A DNA stretch of 64,000 nucleotides. It comes from Macrostomum lignano. Lineage: Eukaryota. The translations under genes and the position numbers were made by a program. Shown here piece by piece: positions 24,811 to 35,274 of this stretch (the stretch's first letter is position 1; each line of letters opens with the position of its first letter). The notes under the pieces are model-generated. The model had not been told where the DNA came from. It searched no databases and saw only the letters and a program-made list of their open reading frames with translations. The stretch lies in NCBI GenBank assembly GCA_002269645.1, contig NIVC01001269.1, forward strand, positions 1-64,000. Reading direction: 5' to 3'.

Positions 24811-26083
24811 TGCTTGGCTTAGGGGAGAGTTTCAAAACAGTGTTTTACAGCTTCATGTGAGCTTCAAATTTACCTGTAATTTTTTGCCAGTGCAGTTAAT
24901 GTTTAACTGCAGTGTCTCTGCTTAGCCGTAAAAAAGTGGCAAGGCTTTTTAAAAGCTGTCTAGCTATAGTGTCATTGGTAGCAAGCTTACTCTGTCAAAT
25001 AGAGGCTTGTTTCTCTTGCCATTATAATACCTTATCTGTCTTTTCTCTTTTCTACCCCTAGTTTTCTAGCGCTGTCCAATAATATTTGGTTCTGTATGAA
25101 GAATTAAGTACAGTCTAGACAAGTACTTGCGTTGTAGGGTATAGACTGGGAGAGAAACTATCTGGGGGAGGGTTAATGTACATTAAGTACAGCACGTTGC
25201 TGTCAGGCAGCATTCTGGAGAGTTTTACACACTGCTTTGCATATCAAATTGAAAAGAAAAGAAAAATAATAAAACAAGAGTTGCATTTCATACCCATTTG
25301 TGCAGATGTTGTCTCTTGGCTCTCATGCCATTTTATAGCCAGCAATTCTTAGAACCTGCTCTCGTAGCATGGAGGCTTAAAACCAACTGGTTTTTAGTTA
25401 GAAATTTGGTACCTTATTCTACTGTACAGCGCTTTCCGCTTAGCTAGCTAGTGCAGCCAGTCCCTATCTGTCCTATTTTAGAAAGAAACAGTCATTTGGT
25501 ATATAAATAATAGCTAATTTCTCACTTAGTAGCTATATGTGAATTCGCTATTGGTAATTTCAACTAGCGGCCGTTGCTCACAGAAGCTTGTTGCAAACTT
25601 TTTTTGCCTGTAAAAAACTTTTGAAACATAACAACTAGTGAGAATTAAACAATCGCGAGTGCGACTGTTTGTGGCTTAAATACAAGGTAAGAAGCTTCAC
25701 GACAAGTGCTTATTTGCTAATCGTACCAGCTTTTGTAGGTCCAAGCGACATGTAGCCCCTGTCAGTGACTCCAGGGGGAGGCGTGGCGGGCCACATCATC
25801 CACGCCGAGTCACACTGCCCACAGGCGGAGTAGGAGGTGCTGCTGCTAGCGCTGCAAACGGGGAGGACAGACATGGGCTCGGCGCTTGTTAAACTGCCTT
25901 CTGGCTGACGACCGCGCACGCTCAAGCCTTCACACACGCTCTGTGGTGTGACGCTGAATGATACTGTTTTATTATCGTGTATGCATATAGGCTATCTGGG
26001 GTTAAATAATTATCCTATCTGTTGCTTTGTCCGAAGATATTTACGTTGGCAAAAGACCGCAACCAATTTTCCTTCACTTCAGC
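24811..26083. promoter_or_regulatory. Putative bidirectional promoter/5' UTR region between genes A and B
   Basis: 1273 bp separates the two divergent ATGs. Candidate 5' UTR introns are 25687-26082 (gtaaga...cttcag) for B and a short gtaaat...ctaag intron just upstream of A's ATG. Based on position only. Confidence 0.45.
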
Positions 26084-29000
26084 ATGGTCACAGACTACTC
26101 AATCGGGGAACAGATCGGTCGAGGCGAGTTTGCTAATGTCCATGCCGTCACTGTCAAGGATGCAGACTGGAACCCAAGACCCACTTGTGTAAAGCTGATC
26201 AGACTACCGAAGCACTTGGATCAAGGTTTAGACGAAAAAGAGCTCACTGAATTGGTAGATAAACACAAGCCACTAATTGGACTGAAACACCGGAACTTAG
26301 TTCAAATTGAAGATCTTCATGCCATTCCTCAAGACTACTCTGTCGCAGTGTTCATGGAGCGGTTTCAAGGAAAAACATTGGAATATTTGCTGAAAACGAA
26401 GGGTGCCATCACCCAAGAAGATAAGATTCGGCTCTACTCCAAGCAGGTGAGCACTGCATGGATTTCTATGACGTGTTAATTCACAAGCCCCATAACTAAA
26501 CAGTCTCTGACTTATATCCAATTAATTAGTTGGTTTTTAATTTGATTAAGCACAATTTTCAACTTCTCTGCAGATCTGTGAAGCTTTGAAGTATCTCCAC
26601 CACGACTTAAAGGACCCGGTCATTCACAGAAACATCTGCAGTAAAACAGTTATGATAGACGACAACGATTTAGTTAAGTTAATTGACTTTGGCATATCCA
26701 TTCAGCTGATGGATGCAGTGAGTCATCAGGTGACGCAGTGTCCGAGAGGCCACCCGAACTACATGGCTCCAGAGTTGTTCTTGGAGGAATCCAGCTCTGC
26801 ATTCCAGAGCCTCTACAGTCGGGGCTCAGACATCTGGGCTTTCGGTTGCGTTGTGTACGAGATGACCACTGGTGCGAAACCGCTTGGAGATTGCAGAAAC
26901 ATGCTGGCCATAGTTAACAAAATCAAATATCACGGAGCTCCAAACCTACCGGAGGCGAGCTCTGAGCAGCTGAGAGACTTCTATAAAGGCTGCATGAGAA
27001 AGAATAGGAAAGAGAGAATGTCGGCAGCAGATCTGCTACGACACGAGTTTCTCAGTCCTGGTATGCAATTTTATGGTTTTTTGAGCTAAATTTATATTTT
27101 TCACTGTTATTTTGGCTAGTTGTTAACTAATATAAGCTCTCTTTTAGTATATGACAAACGCTGGGACAATGTCCGTCTGCTGAGCAGAGGAGGCTTCGCA
27201 GAAATTCACGAGGCTCTCACAGACAAGGGCATCAGTTGCGCCGTAAAAACTCTGAAGCTGCCCCTTCAACTAGGTGATCAACGTGACAAAGTGCAGAGAG
27301 AAACCGATCGGGCTATCGAAAGCGAGATGAACCTGTGCAGATTACGGCATGAAAACATCGTAAAGATTTTTGACATTGTGCAGCCAGAGATTGCCACGGT
27401 TGTTGTGTTCATGGAGCTGCTGGATGGCAAAACTTTGGAATTGGTGATAGATGGAAAACCACTGGATGAGGGAATGATTCGTTTTTTCGCTTCACAAGTA
27501 AGCATGAATACTGAGTTGAATTATCAGGTTTGCTCATTATCCTGATCGCATTACTTTCGTTTACTCGCATTTCAGATCTGCAGCGCACTTAGCTACATGC
27601 ACAATCAGCCAGAAAAATCAGCCGTGATTCACAGAGACCTCAACTGCTCAAATATCGTGATTCTAAATGATAGCAAAGTCAAGTTGATTGATTTTGGCTT
27701 ATCGCACAGGCTAGGAACGTCGATAAGTCACAGCACCGCCTCGTCAGTGAAGGGCACGCTGAACTTTATGGCGCCGGAGCTACTGGGTGACGACGAAAAA
27801 ATTGTGTACAGCACAGCATCAGATGTCTGGGCATTCGGTTGCGCCGTCCACCAGATGGCCACTGGAGAGCGGCCGTTCGAGAAAATTAAAAACTTAAATC
27901 GTCTTATTCGCACTCTGAAAGAGCAAGGCGCCCCAGTATTGCCAGATTCGTGTTCGAGTCTGCTGAAAGATTTCTATGCCAGTTGCGTTATGCGCCAGCG
28001 CTCGGAGAGGGCGTCCGCTATGGCGTTGATGAAGCACGAGTTTCTGACTTTCAAGTAAGTCTGCTTGCATTTTGTCTATTAAAGTTCATATTTTATATCA
28101 ACGATAGCTCCGTATTTTTGTACTTTTAGTCGAGCATATTGTTTCCTTTCATTCCTTTAATTAGAGCCTCAGAGTACAAGGATGAAGACCGATACGAATC
28201 CAGTGCTAGCCAGAAAGGAATGTGCGCAATCATTGACATGCTCCCATCTGGCTCGGACTCAAAACTCTCTTCTAAAATCAGCAAAAGTTTTGAAAAGTTC
28301 GATTTCATCGTCAAGTCGCTACCAGACGCAACCTGTCAAACCGCTTGGAGCTTCATCGGGGACATCGCAAACAGTCAAGAGCTTGCAGACTCAAAATGCT
28401 TTGCTTGTTTTGTTATAGCTTCCGGTTCGAACGGACAACTGTACTCAGCTGACAATGATGATAGCATTGAAATCAGAGATCTGCTGGCCAGGTTTCGCTC
28501 TAGCCAGTGTCCCAGCCTGAAGGACAAGCCGAAGCTTTTCTTTATTCAAGCTGTGCAACCGGCCAGTGCAGCCGCCGGCTTGGACGAATCCGCGGCGCGA
28601 ATTCGAGACGATGACTTTCTGGTTTGCATCAACGATGGCAACCTGGATTCATCGTTCGTTGGGACATTGTGCACTGTTTTAGAAGAGGACGAATTTAGCG
28701 ACCTAGACATTGAAGGAGTTGTGGGTGAGGTGAACGATCGCCTAAAACTGGAACCGTTGGTTAAAGCGAAAAACCGGGCACTTAAATTCATGTCGGAAGC
28801 AGTTTCCACTCTGACGAAGAAATTTTACCTGAAGCCGGAACGGGTGAAACCGGATCCCAGGTGAGCTTTTTCGTTGTTTTAGAGGCTTATTGAGAAGAAT
28901 GCACAAAAATTAGCTAAATCAGCAACACTAATTGCTGGTATTCGAGGAGCACTTCATCCTGCAGACAAACAAGTTTCCAGTACCTTACTTACCTAACTTA

Positions 29001-31727
29001 CTTATTGCTCAATGAAACGGTTGGGCCCGATGATGCCATACGTGTCCATCTTTGATCACTTCGCTTCCACCACAAGAGCTTTATTTAAAACAGTTGCTTA
29101 GTGAATAGGAGGGATTTCTTATTCTTCCCATTGATTCATACTGTTTAGCATAGAAAGATAACAAATATTTCAGAGCGGAGTCGCCAGAAAAGTGGGACGA
29201 TGAACAATTGAAGAGGCTAATAGAGGAGGAGGCAAGTCAATGCGCGAACCCGGACTTCACCAGCCAAAAGTACGGCCCGTTGGGACAGACGCTGCTGTCG
29301 ATCGCAGCAGAGAAGGATAGCAGCGAGTTAGTTAAGCTTGCGCTCCAGGCAGCGACCACTGTTCCATCCATTCACTCGGATCTCGACGTGATGGGCAGGA
29401 CGGCCCTTTCCTGCGCCGCAGCCAAAGGATCAGACGCGGTTCTGGCCGCTTTCGAACAAGCATTCATCGATGCGGCCGATGTTCAGAAATCAGTGGTCAA
29501 CGAAGCCAACTATATGCGCCAGACTCCCATCATTGTGGCAGCCAAGCAAAACAAGACGAATGTTCTCGAGAAGTTGGTTCAGATGGGAGCCGATATCAAT
29601 CAGAAGGTAAGGCGGTGTTGATACCCTTTAGTTTTACTCGAAATTATATATTTCAATTACAAAAATGTTTTATCAGCTGTGAATCGCGAAAAACAGACAG
29701 AGATACGAATAGAAATAAACAATGCAGGATAGGAACCAATTGCTGATTTATTGCATAGTTTAAGAAGTAACTTTGTGGCCTTTATCAAAGGGCTCAAGAA
29801 ATTGTACAGCTGTATCCATGCGCAGATGCCCGACCAATCATGATGTTCTCTTTTGCTGTCTCGATGCGGTCTTCTTAAAGCTATTGATACGAAACAAATA
29901 TGTTTGCGTTTTTGCGATCGCCTACCGGCTTTCACGTTGGTCTTTTTGGGACTTTGAGACCTGGCTCTCATGATCTTTAGTCAGATGCATCTTGCGTCGG
30001 AACATTTGAAGGGGTTTTATCTCTGGGTTTGAGTGGCTAGAGTCGTCTGATCTGTATGATCTTCAACAGTTGCATCATTCGATATTTGGCTAATTAGTGT
30101 TAGTGTTTATAACTTCCGTCGTCTCTACCTTCCATTACTTTTAGAGTTTGTACTTTCTGTACATCCAGCTGATTTACATTTCAGGATATTGTAGAAGCCA
30201 CCGCATTGATCTATGCGGCTAAATTCGGATTTGTTGACGCGGTGCGCAAGCTGCTGGAACTCGGCGCCGATGCAGTTCTGGCAGACCGTTCGGATCAAAC
30301 ACCGCTAATTTGGGCAGCTCGCTGTGGCCACACCGATGTTATCAACGCTCTATCTGAAAAGCTTAATAGTCTGGAGCTCTGGAACCACCGGAGCACGCGG
30401 TTGCGCAACTTTACTGCGCTTGAATGGGCTAAGCTCTGCGGCCATGACGCCACTGCGGACAGGATTCAGCAGATGTAAGTAATTGGCGACGTAATTTTTG
30501 TTCCAATGGCTGAATGCTCTGTAGAAATCTGCACCTCCTGCTTTCATGGGCGTAGGAAATTGGCCGTCACGAGGGTCCTCCGTTTCCACCAGACTATTTA
30601 AAATTTTTCCGTGAATATCTCCTAAGATACTAAACTTTTTCCTGTCTTTAACCCTCACAATGACACGCATGAGCCATCCATGATCCTGTTAAGCTGTTAA
30701 GAAGTTTTTAATTATTTAAATATTTTAAATGATCGATGCAAACTATTTCAGAATTCAACAGATAACCGGAGCGACACAGGAGGCGGACGCCACTACCGAC
30801 CCACAATCAAGGGGTGGCGGTGGCGGTGGTGACGGTGCCAGTAGTGAAGCGACAGGAACTTCCGCCGGAGGAAGCGGCGGCGGAGCCGTTGGTGGAGGAG
30901 GTGGTGCTGATGAAGTTGGTGGAAGGGGTGCCGGTGGCGGAGGTGCCGGTGGCGGAGGTGGCAGTGGCAGTGGTGCCGGTGGCGGAGGTGCCGGTGGCGG
31001 AGGTGGTGGTGGCGGAGGTGGTGGTGGCTGGCCTATTTACCATATGAACAGCCCAGTCAGAGGCCTAGCAATAGTTATCAGTCGGAACACGATTCCACCA
31101 AATGCAGGTTTTCAGAACATACATTGGGTGCCGGATCAGCAGACTCAATCTTTTGTCGGTTGTTTAAGCGACCTACGCTTCGATTTCTTAGTGCTACCAA
31201 ATATTCCGAGAAACCTTTATTATAATCTCCGAACCACGGTACTCAATTTGCCGACGTATACCATCTCTGATTCTCTTCTCCTCTGCCTGATGTCTTATGG
31301 CGAACACGGCCGAGTGTATGACTGCAATGGAGAGCGTGTTGAGCTGGAAACAATGTTTCGACAGTTCAGAGAGTGTCCGCTGCTCTCTGGTAAGCCGAAA
31401 ATATTCATGGTCGATGCTGGTCGCGACATTCCTCATGAGAGACTGGTGTTGGAGCAGGCAATTCAGGAGAACGCGGGCCAGCACCAGGACTGTATTTACA
31501 TTTACAGTGTTGTAAAAGGAAACGCCTGCTACCAAGAGGTAGAGAACGGCTTTTGCTTCATGCAGTCCATGGTGAATTTACTGCGCTGGCCAAGTTTCGA
31601 TTCAGCCACGGAAGATTTTGCGTCCTTTCTGACGAAAGTCGTCAGCGACGTGTCGAACAAGTGCACAGCAAAGCAGATTGTCTGCCACACGAGCACCTTG
31701 CAGCGCCATATCATTTTAGGAAATTAA
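26084..31727 (+). CDS. Gene B: pseudokinase - kinase - caspase-like - ankyrin repeats - poly-Gly - caspase-like protein (1357 aa)
   Basis: Exons 26084-26446, 26574-27060, 27148-27497, 27576-28054, 28165-28860, 29174-29606, 30185-30474 and 30752-31727. All introns are GT-AG with phases 0,1,0,2,2,0,2 and the total is 4074 nt in one open frame. Kinase 1 has HRNICSKT/DFG; kinase 2 has CAVK, HRDLNCSN, DFG, GTLNFMAPE. Caspase motifs VIASG/KPKLFFIQAVQP and LMSYG/KPKIFMVDAGRD. About 6 ankyrin repeats. Confidence 0.88.
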
Positions 31728-32888
31728 CCCGAGAACTCGTAATTTTTATGACGCTGATCCTGTAAGGTAAAATGCATAAAGTATATTTACTTTTATAATT
31801 TCATCTGGTGACAGTGTCTCGTTATTTTCATCCAGTTGCTTTTCCTCCAACTATCTAAAAATTGTTTTAATGTGGGGATCCAATATAAACCCAGATGATA
31901 CTACTTCAAACTAATCAAACAGACCCGTGTGGCAGTGAGAAAACAAATTTAAGTTAAGCCTAAATCCTAACCGACGACTGATATTATAATTTTCGTATAC
32001 TGCGCACTTCGATTGCTTGTTGGGTTTTAACATTAACATTTATTGTTGTTATCTTTTGTTTTTTCGATGCTTTTATGATGACGTCAATGTATACATTTGA
32101 TTCACCTACATATCCTACTTTGTATACTGAATGATTTTTTTGTATGTTTTAAAAAAATTGTTATAGACAAAGCAGTTTAACATAATTAAATCTTTATTAG
32201 GAATAATGTATTGAACTCAAAAAGTTGGTATTAGATTGCATCTACAAACTACATGTAATTGGAACTTGCAATGCCCCTGAATATACAGCCGCTGGTTTTG
32301 TTTGCTAATGAGGGACAGAGGCTCCCTCCATCGTGTGAATTTCCCGCCGAAACTATACGGAAAATGTTACAATTTTATACCGCACCCAATTTGTTTGAAT
32401 GCGCCGCACCCCCACCCCCTTTTACTAAAAATACAAGAACGTTTTTTCACCCGTGAATTCTAACTTGGCCCTTGCTGGCAGCGCTCATTTTTTTCTCTAA
32501 TAATACCTAAGTAACTGACGGATCTTTCCAATATAGTTTTTCGTATTAGCTAGAATCGGAAAAGCAAGTGCAAATTGGCTGGGTGGGAAAACCAAGTCGT
32601 GCAGTAGTTTTGCTTCAGGGCTCCAAATGAGTGCCTGCGGCGCCAATATGAGTGCCTGCGGCGCTAAAATGCTAAATTGAGTGCGGCGCCAAAATGAGGC
32701 TAGTGCTAACAGCACCGCTTTTCAAAATAATGTAGGAATTTAGCCATGTAGACTTCTTGGCTTTGTCCCCCACTATAAAATCCATGGTGACGCCCCTGGC
32801 TGTAATTATCTTAAAAAGTGCTAATTAAAAATCAATCTTATAATATCTTAAAAATCTGGGGACCCCACATACAGGTGGTGAGACATGT

Positions 32889-33542
32889 CAGTGGCGTATA
32901 CTCGAGAATTTTATTTGCAGGATTTGCAACATTACAGAGACCAGTATTTGGTCTCTAGGTTAATACCTCGATCGCTTGTTGGGCGCCCCTGTCTCTTGGT
33001 GGGTGCCCCTGTCTCTTGGTGAGCGCCCCTGTCTCTTGGTGTGCGCCCCTGTCTCTTGGTGGGCGCCCCTGTCTCTTGGTGGGCGCCCATATCTCTTGGT
33101 GGGCGCCCCTGTCTCTTGGTGGGCGCCCCTGTCTCTTGGTGGGCGCCCATATCTCTTGGTGGGCGCCCCTGTCTCTTGGTGGGCGCCCCTGTCTCTTGGT
33201 GGGCGCCCCTGTCTCTTGGTGGGCGCCCCTATCTCTTGGTGGGCGCCCCTGTCTCTTGGTGGGCGCCCATATCTCTTGGTGGGTGCCCCTGTCTCTTGGT
33301 GGGCGCCCCTGTCTCTTGGTGGGCGCCCCTGTCTCTTGGTGGGCGCCCCTGTCTCTTGTTGGGCGCCCATATCTCTTGGTGGGCGCCCCTGATCTCTTCT
33401 AACAAGAGAAGGTAATTAAACACGAGCCCCTCTGTCATTCGTCAAGCTCGCGGTTACCTCTTATTTAGTTTCTTGGGGATTACAATTATTATAAAGGGGC
33501 CATTGGGGGGGGGCACCTCCACCCTAGCTGCGTACGCCACTG
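32889..33542. mobile_element. Non-autonomous hAT-type element containing a 20-bp tandem array
   Basis: TIRs cagtggcgta (32889) and tacgccactg (ending 33542); perfect 8-bp TSD agacatgt at 32881-32888 and 33543-33550. Internal array of gggcgcccctgtctcttggt at ~32980-33390. Confidence 0.9.
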
Positions 33543-33913
33543 AGACATGTACAGCAGTAAGTTTTATTCTGCTGTACTTGTAAATATACCGGCATAATGT
33601 ACTGCACATGTACACTGCAGTCTTTCACAAGCACTTGGACGATCGATTTAGTCTCATCTGTATTGTGGTCAAAAAGTGCAATGTACCTATACGAACATGT
33701 ACTCTCAAGGACATCAAAAGTTTTTGGATTCTAAATTTAAATGTACTAGCTCTTTAATTAGGCTACTAGGGGGCAGAGCAGCCTATAGGCTCTCGCTCCA
33801 TGACCTCTGGTTTATTGATTCCCTGCGCAACCGCATTTGGGGTTGTGAAACGAAAAATTGGCCATGTGTGTTTTGTCGCCATGAGGGCCAACCCCCAATA
33901 AAGCACAGGGAGT

Positions 33914-34072
33914 GTACATGCCTGATGATTAGAAAGACAGTCAGGGCCGCTGTACACCTTGTGTGAGCTTTGTGTTAGACGTGACTGTGTACGCTCGTAT
34001 AATATTAGCTTGCTTGTATGTGCATCAGGAGAGTCAGTGGAATGGGAGGAACTGCCTCAGCGCTGGTTGTGG
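33914..34072 (-). repeat. Dispersed repeat family B, copy 2
   Basis: Reverse complement of the family B consensus (gtacatgcctga...agtcagtggaatggg...ctcagcgctggttgtgg). Confidence 0.75.
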
Positions 34073-35274
34073 GGCGATATCGCAAAAGAATTTTCGCCAG
34101 ATTTTTGCGAGTATTATTACATTTTTGTTACATTTTTGTACAAATATTATTGCATCTGAATATTATCGTATTATTTATATTTTAGCGAACGCTGAGCTTT
34201 TTGGTTGGACCGTGGACCGATTTGCTCAGCTGCCATCGGTTGGGATTTTTTTCCAATTTTAATACGAATGTACATGCAGAGTTTATGCAACACCGCCAGA
34301 TCCCCAGTGAAAACTCTGCAGCTTCTGACGAAAACTTAGACGAAAACCCCAGTTTTTGTGTCCTTTTTGTATTACTCTTCTTTAATCCTTCACATTTCGG
34401 GACTTGAGTGGATATAGAATTTCTTCGTTAATTTTCTAACTTTTACTCGCCATAACTCCTCAAACTCCCATCGATGACGGTCTACATATCTTCCCAACGC
34501 AACTTGAAATTAACACATGAGATATGACAGTTGCTACGTGTAGATGTAAACCCAAATTTCTTACCACATATCTAGTATCGCACCCAGTGGTACTATTAAT
34601 TTGCTATTAAAAATTCGAAACACTGCACGTACATACGCAAATAAGCCGCGAATTTTCCCTCCCTCATTTATAAACAGCAACGCTAAAAGTAGCGCCTTTA
34701 ATTACAAGCCTTTGAGGGCCAAATTTGTCTTCCGAAACTCACTAGATACTTATAAGCAGAGATTTTAGATTTTTCTTAGCTCTGAGTAACCTACCATACC
34801 ATCAGAAATATATCTTGCTAAAACTAAAACGCTACTATTAGTAGTAAGTAGTACAACAATAACATTGGTTGGTGCCCGTGAGTCGTGGGTGGGACATCGG
34901 TTAAAAATTACAAGTTAAACGGTAATTTGAATTTAATGTTGGCAAGCCTGCAGAAAATCTTAAAGCAAATCATAAAAGCAGTAGCATCTGAAATCAGTTA
35001 TTTACTCCCACGACTATCTGTTTTTAAAGTTTGAATACCTCAGCAGTCCGAGATTCTTTATATGCATAGCAAATTTGTTTTAACCGTAAAACAATTTTAA
35101 ATGCAGTTAATTTTTGAAGAAAAATATGTACAAATCATCATCATGATTTTTGCAGCAGGTGCACCATTCACGTTAGCATTAAATTGTTGTGTTTATTATT
35201 AGAACCAAAAATTGAAAGCTCAACATAAACATTTTTTAGTTTAAAAAAAAAACAAATCGAAATATTTAAAGGTC

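Noticed and set aside
20603-31727. Bacterial kinase-caspase defence operon or contamination
   Set aside because: The domains are separated by spliceosomal GT-AG introns with consistent phases, and the flanking genes (GPCRs, CNOT11) are eukaryotic
32315-32798. Second hAT-like element next to the confirmed one
   Set aside because: Only one convincing TIR-like end (gtgacgcccctg); no matching left TIR or 8-bp TSD
32932-33438. Several overlapping repetitive ORFs, or a CRISPR-like array
   Set aside because: Contiguous 20-bp units with no unique spacers and no cas genes, inside a hAT element in eukaryotic DNA
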